From contig NC_068987.1 of assembly GCF_001194135.2 (NCBI RefSeq), forward strand, positions 61,960,598 through 62,024,597: a stretch of 64,000 nucleotides of DNA, given 5' to 3'. The notes under the pieces were generated by a model that was not told the DNA's origin, did no database searches, and was given only the letters and a program-made list of their open reading frames with translations. Made by a program: the position numbers and the translations under genes. Below are positions 41,501-54,946 of this stretch, one piece after another (positions within the stretch are counted from its first letter, which is position 1; every line of letters begins with the position of its first letter). Source of the DNA: Octopus bimaculoides (lineage: Eukaryota).

Positions 41501-42215
41501 TCTTTCTATAAATAATACATTTGTGTTTATGCTGTTTTTATATAATAGCTTTAATGAGAAATATTATGAAGCATTTACATTAATTACTGTTGAATTACAT
41601 GGACTTAAAGTAAGAAATGTATGCTGTAGTTATATACATTGATTAAAATTACACATGATTGATTCAGTTAATTGATCTGTTACTAAAGCAAAAAGTGTGT
41701 ATACTTGTTTATTGCAGTTGCATTGTTACACCATTTAACTATTAGTATGATTACTTTCTTGAAGATATCTGACATAATGCATACTGCAATATGGTGAATG
41801 ATCTTACTTAATAAACAGACACCTTAATTCCACCAAACTCTTCAGAACTGCAAATATTCCACAGTCTAATTATTTGCTTATTGAATCCAAGAATTTAAAC
41901 AAGTATACCCCCCCCCCACATACACACACAGGGATTAACCCTTTAGCATTTCAACCAGCTATATCCAGCCCAAATATTCTACCTATTTTATTTTCAAACT
42001 GGCCAGTCCCAGCCTCTCACACCTACCCTACAATGTCATGCTAAAAATAAACAATCATAATTCCAAAATCTCAAAGTTACAAGATAATATAGAATTAACT
42101 TTAAAGAATGCGAATAAATGAACATTACTTTTCACAAAGAAATCTGAATACTAAAGGTTTAAGCATTGAATATATTTTAACTAATGATNNNNNNNNNNNN
42201 NNNNNNNNNNNNNNN

Positions 42216-42260
<45 letters not shown>

Positions 42261-45200
42261 ATAATACAATGTAATACAATTTTTCTGAATTATCAGATTT
42301 TTTTAAATGCTAGACCACTGGTTTTTAAATTGAAATTAATATTCAATTTATCACCCTCAGTATATATATATATGTATGTATGTATATATATATGCATTTA
42401 TTTTTTTATGTGCAGGAAACCCAAACGTATCAGTGCGCCATTTATTCCCGAAGACACAGATGTTAAACAAGAGCGAGAGAAAGTGATGTCTAATAAAACC
42501 ACAGATGATATCTTAATCATAAAAAATCTAACAAAGGTAATGGAAGGAAATAATTTTTAAGTGATTTGAAAAATTACGTAGCATCAGTTTCTGTTGACTG
42601 GAATATGTTGTGGTGTTCATTCTTGTCCTAGGGTTGTTAAAAGTATATCATCAGCATCATCATCATTGTTTAACGTCCGCTTTCCATGCGAGCATGAGTT
42701 GGACGATTTGACTCAGGACTGGTGAACTGGATGGCTGCACCAGGCTCCAATCTGATCTGGCAGAGTTTCTACAGCTGGATGCCCTTCCTCACGCCAACCA
42801 CTCCGAGAGTGTAGTGGGTGCTTTTATACGTACACACACACACACACATATATTTTTATATATATATATAAGTATATATTATGTTCTGAGTTCAAACATA
42901 CATACATGGGGTATTCTTCTGTAAAAGTACTTACTATATATANNNNNNNNNNNNNNNNNNNNNNNNNNNNNNNNNNNNNNNNNNNNNNNNNNNNNNNNNN
43001 NNNNNNNNNNNNNNNNNNNNNNNNNNNNNNNNNNNNNNNNNNNNNNNNNNNNNNNNNNNNNNNNNNNNNNNNNNNNNNNNNNNNNNNNNNNNNNNNNNNN
43101 NNNNNNNNNNNNNNNNNNNNNNNNNNNNNNNNNNNNNNNNNNNNNNNNNNNNNTGTTTTAAAGAAAATTTGAAGTTAAGTTATGGACTAAACTTGCCGAT
43201 GTGCTTACTGTTTGTAGTTTTGTAACTCTGGCAATTTTATTGGTAACTATGACATACTATTGATTTCAAATTTTGGTGCAAGGCCAGCAGTTTCAGAGAA
43301 GGGGTTAAGTTGATTACACTGATTCAAGTGCTCAAGTGGTACTTATGTTATTGACCCTCAAAAGGAGGCAAAATCAACCATTGTGAAATTTGAACACTAA
43401 GCCTTTCGCCTGGTGTGCTAATGATTCTGCCCACTCACCACCTTACTATGGCATACTATTACTTGCAGACTTGTGTTACTTGCTGCTGTATCCTAGGAAA
43501 CTCGGAAACTCATCTAGATAATACAATGAAAGGATTTGGTTTTAGTTTTACTGTTACTCAGAAAATGGAAATGGAAAATCCAGGAGTCATTAGTTGCTGT
43601 GTCCTAGAAAACTCCTCTAGATAATGCAGTGAAGGCATGTTATATATATATATAGTCTGATTTGAGTGTATTGAGGAGTCTCAAAATAATTCATATTTAC
43701 TTCTTGGCTAAAACTGATAAGTTTAGTACCATCAGAAACACATAAACTCCTTTAGTGTGTGTGTGTGTGTTTTTTTAACCTTTTTCTAAAGCAGTTGACT
43801 AATTTGTAAAGGCATATGACTTAGTGGTTAGGTTGTTGCACTTGTAATCCTGAGATTGTGGTTTCACTTCCTGAATCAGGCAGTATTGATTCTTGAACAA
43901 AGGACTTCATTTCACATTGTTCCAGTTCAATCGGCTGAAAATGAGTTCCTGTAATAGCTAGAAAGTTAATCCTGCAATAGACCACTTTTACATTCGAGGG
44001 TGGAGGTGGTGGATTTGTAAAATCAGTTATTTATATGCGTCAGAATCCAGATTAAGTTCCTGCTTTCTGAACCCTGGGGCTCATAACAGACCTTAGTCTG
44101 AGTCTAAATCTAACTAACTTAATCACAATGGCTATAAGATTATAAGTTCAAATTTTACTACAGTCATTGTATTATGTCTCTGAGCAATGCACATAACTAA
44201 GCTTTACAGTTAAAAGTATGAATGACATCTAGCCATGAAAAAAAAAAGATAAAAACAACTACTCCATTAATAACACCCTTGAAAGACTGGAAGAAAAAAT
44301 AATAAATGGTAAATATTAAAAGAAAACAAAAAAGTTGTAATTTAGCTATATATATATAATTGTTTATTAGAAGCTCATGTTTTATTAATTTGTCTTTCAG
44401 GTTTATACTGGTTATAGAAAGAAACAACTTGCCGTTGATCGTTTATGCATAAGTGTTCCTAAAGGACAGTGTTTTGGTCTGCTTGGAGTCAATGGTGCTG
44501 GTAAAACAACTACATTTAAGATGCTGACTGGTGAAATTAGTCCTACTTTTGGAGATGCATATATCAATGGTCATAGCATCAAAACGAATATAAACCAAGT
44601 TTACCAGAGCATAAGTTATTGTCCTCAGTTTGATGCTTTAAATTCTTTGTTAACTGGTCGAGAACATTTGGAACTTTATGCCAGACTCCGAGGAGTGCCA
44701 GAAAAAGAAGTTAAACAGGTAAGCAACATTGTAAAAAATGTCAGTGCTGCATGTTATGTAGCTCAATGTATTAGCTATTTCAATTATAGTGTAACCTATA
44801 GCATGTTTATTGTGTTATAGTTTTCATGAAGCAATATCTGGTTCCTTATATTTCAATATTTCAGGGTTAGGAAGACTTCTTCAGGAAATCTTAACCATCA
44901 ACCTATGTTGTTTTTCTATAATTTACATTGTTTTGGTTTTTTTTTAAAAATTAAATAATAATGACTAAAAATATTTATATGGTTATTGTGGTTCAGTTAA
45001 ACCACAATATTTGTTTTACTCTTAGTTATATTTATTATTGCTAATTGAAAAATCAATCACTTCAATCAACACTATTTCACATATGTTGGTTTCAAATTTT
45101 GGCACAAGGCCAGCAATTTCAGAGGACGAGGTAAGTCGATTAAATCAACCCCTCTTCTTAACTGGCACTTATTTTATTGACCTCCAAAAAGACGAAAGGC

Positions 45201-48200
45201 AATGTTGGCCTCAGTGGAATCTGAACTCAGAACATAAAGCTGGATGAAATGCCGCTAAGCATTTTGCCTGGCATGCTAACAATTCTGTTAGCTCACCCCC
45301 ATAATAATAAAAATAATCCTTTCTACTATAGGCACAAGGCCTGAAAGTATGGGGGAGGGGTAAGTCAATTACATCGACCTTAGTGCTCAACTGGCACTTA
45401 TTTTATCAACCACAAAAGGATGAAAAGCAAAGTCAACCTCAGCGTAATTTGAACTCAGAACATAGTGGCGAATGAAATGCTACTAAGCATTTTGCCTGGT
45501 TGGCTAATGACTCTGCCAGCTCGCCACCTTATTATTGTTAATAATAATAATAATAATAATAATCCTTTCTACTAAAGGCACAAAGCCGGAAATTTTAGGG
45601 GAGAGGACTAATCGATTACATCAACCCCAGTGTTTCACTGGTACTTAATTTATCGACCCTGTAAGAATGAAAGGCAAAATCAACCTTGGTGGAATTTGAA
45701 CTCAATAATAATAATAATAATAATAATGACTGTAATCTTTAGTCTTCCCCACTTTACTCTCTAGCTTTTCTTCATTTAAATAGTTATGTCACTGCATTAT
45801 AATTTTAAACTTATTCATATCTAAAGTGTGTAAAATTTTAGTTTGCTTTATTAGTTAGTTTAGATGTATATGTCACTTCTCAGATTTTTACCTATGAAAT
45901 TTTACCTTTAACTAAAGCTGTTTATTATTATTATTTCAGGTAGCCAACTGGGCAATATATAAATTAGATTTAACTAAATATGCTGACAGACCTTCACAGA
46001 CATACTCAGGTGGAAATAAGCGGAAGTTATCAACAGCAATTGCCTTAATTGGAAACCCAAGCATAATTTTCTTGGTAAGTAAAAATGATGATATCAATTA
46101 TCTTAAATTTGTTTTTGTTTTGTTTGTTTTTGTAACTTTTATTTTGTTGTTATATGGAACTCGAGCTCTACCCAGCAGTGTTTAAGACCCAGCCTAATTC
46201 TGACACACATGTTCACCTCACACCTTGAGGATCACCTGTGATACCTCATCACCACTATTCACTCTGTCTGTCTGTCTGTCTCTGCCTCTCTAGCTCCCTG
46301 TCAGCTACTTCCGCCCTCTCACTTATCACCTCATCACCACTATTCTCTCTCTCTCTCTCACTCTCTCTTTTATGATATGAGTAGACATATAGCTCCTCCA
46401 CAGGAAGAAACCTAACATGTTCCCTTCTCTCGTATCTTAACCCCACTCATTTCCTTGCATGATGCCATCTCCATCTTTACTATAGCTCCACCTCATTTGG
46501 AGGGGGATCTTAGTTTTTGCAAGCTGCATGGTGACCTCACTTGTACGAGTGTCATGTAAAAGACACCCAGTACATGCTGTAAACTGATCAGCATTAGGAA
46601 GGGCATATACCATGGAAAATATGTTGACATTGAAACATGATGTAGTCCTCCAATCTGTCAGTTCCTGTCAAAGTGTTCAACCCATGCCAACATGAAAGAT
46701 GAAGGTTTGATGACAATAGCAATGGCAACATTCATCTTTCCTTTTCAAATAGACATCTATTCTATTAGTAGCATTGCCATCACCTTCCATGATCCTGTCT
46801 TCTGAGGCCTAACATACCACTTCATGCCAACATGGAAGACAGATGTTTGATGACGATGATGATGACAGCATTCATTTTTCCTTTTCAAATAGACATCCAT
46901 TCTAGTGGCAGCATTACCATAACATACCAGGATCCTTTTTTTTTTCTGAGGTCTAACATACCCCTTCATTTATCATTTCCACTAGTCCTTAGGCTGTCAT
47001 TAATGGTTCTCATTCAACTGTAAGCATTCATGCTAATCCCCAGTTCTGTCTTACTCAAGATTTTTCCTACAGACACTGACCATAGATATTTAGTCTTGGC
47101 ACCCACCTAATCAATTTCAATTAGTCTGGATGACCCTGCAAAGGTCATAGCTATTGCTTTTTTTACTTTAACTAACTTAATAAAACCTAAATGTGAGTTA
47201 ACTTCCAAATTATATTCCTAGAAGTTTACTCTTTTACTTGTTTCAGTCATTTGATTGCAGCCATGCTGGAGCACCGCCTTTAGTCGAGCAAATCGACCCC
47301 AGGACTTATTTTTTGGTAGCCTAGTACTTGTTCTGTCGGTCTCTTTTGCCGAACCGCCATCGGTTGTCATGCGATGTTGGTGGGGACGAGCAGACACACA
47401 AATATATACACACACATACATATATACCTGTGCCCAGCGTCACCTTTCTGGCACTTGTGCTCGCAGCATGTGTAAGGATTTTCGAGCGAGATTGTTGCCA
47501 GTGCCCCTGGACTGGCTCTTGTGCTGGTTGCACATAAAATACACCATTTTGAGCATGGCCGTTGCCAATATCGCCTGACTGGCCTTTGTGCTGGTGACAC
47601 GTAAAAGCACCTACTACACTCTCGGAGTGGTTGGCGTTGGGAAGGGCATCCAGCTGTAGAAACTCTGCCAAATCAGATTGGAGCCTGGTGTAGCCTTCAG
47701 GTTCCACCAGTTCTCAGTCAAATCGTCCAACCCATGCTAGCATGGAAAGCAGACGTTAAACGATGATGATGATGATGATACGACGGGCTTCTTTCAGTTT
47801 CTGTCTACCAATTCCACTCACAAGGTTTTGGTCAGCCCGAGGCTATAGTAGAAGACACTTGCCCAAGGTGCCACGCAGTGGGACTGAACCCGGAACCATG
47901 TGGTTCGTAAGCAAGCTACTTACCACACAGCCACTCCTGTGCCTAAAGTTTATTGAAATATAGTTGAGCAGGGCCACTCAAAACAACACTTTCAAATAAG
48001 GATGCATATAAAATTTCAGTTGGTGCAATGATTTACAAAATGTGAAGGAGAAGTAGCACCATATTTTGGATGATTTAAATATTCATAATTGACTTTTTTA
48101 TCATTTTAATAATTAGTATTTTATGGTGTGATGATAGACTGAGTGTTTAAAAATAGCTGGAGTGATTGGGATTTTATTATTTTAGTTATTAGTTTATGGC

Positions 48201-51200
48201 ATGAAGATAACGTGGATGTGTAAAAATAGCTGGAGTGGTAGGTAGCTTAATGTTTAATTTGTGAAGATAGAGTTTAACAATATAGATCAATAGTTGAATT
48301 GTATTTCTGAGTGTGTGTGTGTGTGTATGTTTTTCCATTATATAAAATAGTGAGCTATTGCATTATATAGTGAGCTGTTGTATTGAATAGTGGACTGTTA
48401 TATTGTAAAGTAGAATAGATCAACTACAGTTACCTATTAATTCAAAAACATTTTCATTTCTAACTTTTTTCGCAACTATTATAGGTTTGCTGGTCTCTGT
48501 AAAGTAAAATTAGATATTTGCATGTTCTAGTGTGAGTCATTACAATAGCTTGACAGACTATTAACAAGGAGTTCTTTGTAAATTTCAAGTGTGTATGCTG
48601 TGAGAAGATATGAGTACTGAATTTTCCAGCCAAGTGCGAGAAACAGTCTGAAATGTTTAGGGTAGCAGTCTCCCCGTATGAACATTGTTAAATATCATTT
48701 GCCAATGTGGACTAATTTTCTCAGACTCTGCTTTTTTTCATTAAAAAGACTAACAATATCTATTAACTAAAAATAAAATTTTATTTATAATCATCTATAG
48801 CTTACTCTACACCCTACACAATAAAAAAACAACAACATGAATGCATATGTAGCATGGTTTCAGGGGAGATTGAAGTGTGGTATACTTGATTTGAAAACCT
48901 GTAGGTTGGATCAATGTCTGATTAGCTTCTACTTTGCTGTAAATCTGAGAAAGATTAACTTGACCTAGTTAACACGAACTGCAATAACACTATTTATATG
49001 GCAGAACTATTTTGAACAAAAGTTGTTACATTTATGATTACATTATCATGGTTTCAGTTTCTAGATTGGCTGTGCTTTGTGTTCTTGAGCAGAACACTTC
49101 ATTTCAGATTGCTCCAGTTTGCTCAGTTGTTAATGGGTAACACCATGACAGGCTAGCTTTCTGTTCAGAGCAGACGTTGGCCTGCTCACCTAGCCAGCAG
49201 GGTGGTCTCATGTGAAAGGTATAACAATGCAGGGAAACACATTGTGACTAGCGGTGTACATCTGATTGTCTGATCAATACAGTGAAACAGTGATTACTAA
49301 ATTAATGGTTTCAAATTTTGGCATAAGGCTAGCAATTTTGGAGAGGGGAAAGTCAATTACATCGCCCCCAGTACTCAACTGGTATTTATTTTATCATCTC
49401 CAAAAGGATGAAAGGCAAAGTCAATCCTGGCAGAATTTAAACTCAGAATGTAAAGACAGACAAAATGCCACTAAGCATTTTGCCTGGCGAAATAACAATT
49501 CTGCCTGCTGGTACCACCTTAGTGATTATTAAATTAATAGAAATTAATTTATAAAGTAAAGGAATAGCATAGATTGGCGATGGAGTTTTAATTAATGGAG
49601 TGTCAGGTTTGTTTGAGTCATTTCAGTAACATGCTTAATTCTTTTACCTGTGATTTTTGGTGATAGTAGCTTAGAGTAGAAGACCGATTGTATTGTCATT
49701 GTTATTAGTAGGTAGGGGGCTCCAAAAGGAGTCTCAGGGTGTAGCGTCCCTGCCTTCCTGAGCTAGTTTTCCACCACATTTTTTTAAAATTGTAGTAGAG
49801 GCCTTGGTCTCAAGACCACTCATGTTTAGAAACTGGGGTTGGGGGTAAGCAAGGGCATGCTCCCCATAGAAAATCCAGCTCCAAAAAAGCCTCTTGATAG
49901 CAAAGGAGAATGAGCACCAACCAGCCCAAAGGTTGGGGTGAGCTGCACCTGCCTACCTCAGTTGCTATGGTATTGAGGCAGATCCAGCCACTCCCGTAAA
50001 TGGAGACAAAACCCAGATTTAAAACACTGGAGGAGGAGGAGGAGGAGAATTAGTGACAAAGTCTTCATAAAGGACTAATGACTCATTCAAACTCATGGAG
50101 CATTTTCATTTTGATTAATGAATTTATTATTCTTCTGCTTAATTGAGTAATGTCATTCAGTTTATAAAAATGAAAAATAAGGGTTGTTTTAAAGTTTGAG
50201 GAAAAGTTATATAAACATTTGTATTAAATAAAAAAAAATGTTTAATGTTGGAAAAGAAAATTCTAAAATAAACTGACCATGTTAATTATTTGAAGGATGA
50301 ACCAACTTCTGGAATGGACCCTAAAGCCCGGAGATATTTGTGGAATTGCATCAACAGTCTAGTAAAAAGTGGACGATCTATAATTTTAACGTCACACAGG
50401 TATTTATTATTCTTTCATTAATGTCATATGAGTCATCATCATCATCATGATTGTTATCTTCATTTTAACATCCTTTTTTCTAGGCTTGCATGGGTCTGGC
50501 AGAATTTGTTGGGACAGATTTTATTCAGCAGATGCCTTTTGCTCTTATTGTTGTCAACCCTCATCTGTTTCTAAGCAAGGGAGTATTTCCTCATGGCCAA
50601 ACATGTTTTCACTGAAAGCAAGAAATAAAGGACTCTGTATGTCAGTAACACTTGTTCATAACTACCCCATGTTGTCAAGATAAGGAGGCATACATATTCG
50701 CTCTCACACATACATGCATATACAAAAAAATTCATTCAATTTCAGTCTATCAAATCCATTGGTTGGCCTGGGGGTATTGTAGAAGACAGTTATCCAAGGT
50801 GCCATGCAATAGGACTGAACCTGAAACTATGTGCTTAGCAAATAAACTTCTTAACAACACAGTAATGTTGTACCTATTGATGTAAGCATGAAAGTGGGTA
50901 ACAATTTGAATATTGCTGTTTTATATTGGTGCAGCATCACAAATGTTGTTGTAGAGTAACATCAATAATTGAACTAGCACCAGTTGATGCTTAATTTATT
51001 AACCTGTGAGGAAAGACAAAGCTGACTTTAGCAGAATTTGAACTCAGAATGGGGTTAAAATTATTAACTGTGAAGAATATTTGAGAACATTGAACTGTTT
51101 CAGTACTGAACCACTGAGGCTATTGCAAATTTTCTTAAGATGTCTGCAGGTATCCATAGCAGTAGAATATTGTTTTATATAACCCATAAATGTTTAGAAA

Positions 51201-54200
51201 AGTTTAAATTATCATTACAATCCATCATCATCATCATCAGTCATGTTTCATGCTGGCAAGGGTTGGATAGTTTGACAGGTTCCAATCGGTTCAAGAGATT
51301 TAAGAATGACAGAAGTGGGGGGAGAGAGGAGAGAGCGCACAGAAGTTGGGGAAAGCAGGGAGGAGGAAATAATTATGGAAATTGAAATTTAAATCAAATT
51401 ACTATATGTAAGTTACTTTATGTATTTGTTTAGCAAGATTATTGATGTGAAAACGTGTGTTGAAACAAATATTGTTATAACTGGGGATGGTAAAAAAAAA
51501 ATGACCCACCCCAAGTATAACAATACTAACTGTAAGGTTTATGATACAATGAAGCTTTGCTATTTGAAGCACTGCTACAAGTCAGACTATTGACTAAATG
51601 GTCCTATATTCCTATATAACCATTATGCTATGCTTCTAGCTTCAGTTTTCATTAGTACTTAATGACAAGGAAGGACATTTAGCTATAAAAATAATTGCTC
51701 CAACAATATTCACTATTAAGAGAAAGATTAAGAAAAAAAATGTCTTTAAATTAATTCCAAACCAGGTTATCACAATCAATGTATGTAAAATGAAATAAAC
51801 TATGAAGAATTGTGAAAAGTAATTTGAGAATTTAACTGTATTATCTTTGCATATGCTGAAAATGGAATATTTATGTGCTTAGTATATTTACCAAATTAAA
51901 TATTGATATTAAATGCAGTGTACCAATAGTAATGTAGTGAGCCAAATATAATTTTTTAATCAACTGAAGTTATAACTGTAATAGGAAGAAAAGAGATTAG
52001 CATTATTTCCTTTGTAGCAGTGCACAGTAGTGTTGGAGCTTGATGCAGTCCTCTGGTTCGCCAGTTTCAGTTGAACTGTCTAACCATGCCAGTGGGGAAA
52101 ACAGACATTAAACAAGGAGAAGGAAGAGGAGGAGGAAGAGGCTAACTATTTGCATTAAAGCATCCATAGGATGTTTTCTTGTGTCATTGTTAATATTAAA
52201 GGTGGTGATGAGCTAGCAATGATAGTAGAGCATCGGGAAAATCCTGAGTGCATACTTCTACACTGAACTAGCCATGTACAGTTTTCACTCGAAACAATTG
52301 CACCACACCTCCACCCTGTAAATGTGTGATCCCATGGCGATCCCAGAGATCAATATTTTTGGTTCACTTTGTTTATTCAATTATTTTAATTGATTCACTA
52401 AAAGAAAAAAGGAACATTTCAAGAGATGGAGATTAGGGATTTGTTGCAACACATGGCTAAGTAATGGATTTCAAAGAAGTGCAATTCTAAAGAATAACAA
52501 TATTCCTAACTGATTAAGTGCTGAGTTTAGATAGAGATAGTGAAGGATATTAGAAAGATTTAAAAGCAAACAGATTTTTGGTGGAATAAAAGCATTTGTG
52601 TAAATCCAGAACAGCAAATGTTTAGATTTGTATGAATTTTTCATTGAATACATTCTTCCTGTACACTATCTCACTATGGGAAATGCTAATGGATTGAATT
52701 ATTTTCTCAATGGCTGTCTGAATTTTCACCTTCATTTTATTTGAAGTATAATGTTGTGCAATTAGTTGAACAAACATAACACCCAAATGATTGGGATAAA
52801 GTTAGTGTATAACTTTTGCATGTTAGATTACTTGCTAGCTTTTATCTCTGTTAATAAAATATTTTGTTAAAATTTTGTATTATATGGGTTAAAGATGAGC
52901 TGATTACAGTTTGTTTGTTTTTTTTGTTTGTTTTTTTTTTTTTTGCTTATCGATAATTTGACAAACTTGAATTTCTCCCTGTTTTAAATATTTTTCATAT
53001 ATTCTTATTAAAATTTTTTGTTTTTGTTTTTTATTAATGACAAATTCATAAATTCTACTTCAGTATGGAAGAGTGTGAAGCTCTATGTGGAAAAATTGCT
53101 ATAATGGTAAATGGTAGGTTCCAGTGCCTTGGAAGTGTACAACATTTAAAAAATAGGTAATTTCTTTTTTTTTTCTTTTTTTTGATAATTATTTTTAAAA
53201 TAACAACAGAATTTTATTGAATTTTGTCTTGTTTTTCAGAGTTATTTATTTTGTGGAAATTGCAAATTAAAAAATAAATAAAAATATATATAATGCAAAA
53301 AAAAAAATCAATTGAAAGGTATTTTTGAAAAGTCAAATTGAATTTGAATTAAATGTGAAACTCAATAAAAAAAAATGTAACTTTTATTATTCACTCTGTT
53401 TCAATTCAAATTTAAAGCATTATCTTATGCTCTGGAAATATCTCTTTCATCCATCTGAAATTTCGAAATACAAACATCTTGAAATGAAATTTCCATCTCT
53501 ACAAAAGTAATGACTATATTTTGAATTTTTCATCATGAATTTTTCACAATATCAATACATGTTTTATTGAAGTTGTTTTAAATTTCTTTGTAATTACTAA
53601 TTACAGAGAAATATCAGTTTGATACGGTGGCTTCCCTAGCATACCAAATTATTCAGATTTGAATTTCATTAGGTTATTTAGCAATATCCCAAATTTTACT
53701 GAATTGAAAAGGAGCCAAACTGTAGAAAGTTAAAAGTTACACTAAAATTCAGCATTGGCATGACTCTGTCAGATTTAGAAAAGCTGTAAATTGGTACCAT
53801 GGGGAGGTAAAGCTATTCCATGTAAGCAGCAAGCACATGGAATATTTGATTTCCATTTAATTTTTTTTTTTTTTTAAGTTGGTCAAGCAAATTGAAGCAA
53901 GCATAGTTGCATAGTTTAGGTGCCTTGTTCAGAGGGTAGAGGTATTCAATGCAATAATAGTAGAACAGTTGTAAGATCTGAATATATAACCTAACCATAC
54001 ACCTTTTGTTATGCCTCATAATATTAGCAGATGTAGTTTTTTTGAATGCTAAAGACTACACTGTTTTGAACTTTATTGGTTTACTTCTCTCCTGAATATA
54101 TATATTACAACAAATTTTATAGCATTTTACACTCAACAAACAACACTCATCTTGCAATGCATGTCTCTATCAATATAATTAACTCTCTTATGTACATTAA

Positions 54201-54914
54201 CAAAGCTGTTTGTATCCATTCTGTGAAACAAGATAGCTTATTTAAAACGGACCATGTATGATGCTATAAAACATTACATTTGATGTTATTAAGTAGAGTG
54301 GTAGGAATGTGGAGCACCAGATAAACTACGTTTTATTCCTCAGTTGTCAATAAAATACATGCTGAATCATGTACTTGAGCTGCTTCAATCAGCTGTATCA
54401 ATCTTCTCCAAAGTTGTGGCATCATACCAATATTAACTCAATTATTCTTATTCTTCTGAGGTTGATAAAATAACTATTAGTCAACCACAGTTTGATGTAA
54501 TAACTATTTCATTGAAGTTGGTGCTCTGGCTTAGCTTCAGTCCAAAGCTTAAAACCAGTAAAACATTAAAATAATGAAAACAAGCATGCAAAAAACATTC
54601 AATTTTCCTACAGAATAAATTTCAGAACACTGGTTCTAAGCACTGTGGTTATAAATGCTGTGGCTCTTTACTTGACTTATTGCTGCTTTCTGCTCTCTTT
54701 TTCATCCTTTTCTGACAAGTTGTGATGCACTTGAGCATTGTTTACAAGCTGTAAGGATTGTTAGAGTTTTGTAAAAAGATGTTTTGTGGAATTTGTCATT
54801 CTGAGTTCAAATTGTGTTGAGGACAACTTTTTCAGGGTTAATGGTATCATCTATTCCTTCTTCCCTCAAAATTGCTGGCCTTGTTATTTATTATTATCAT
54901 TGTTGTTTTTGCTG

Positions 54915-54946
<32 letters not shown>

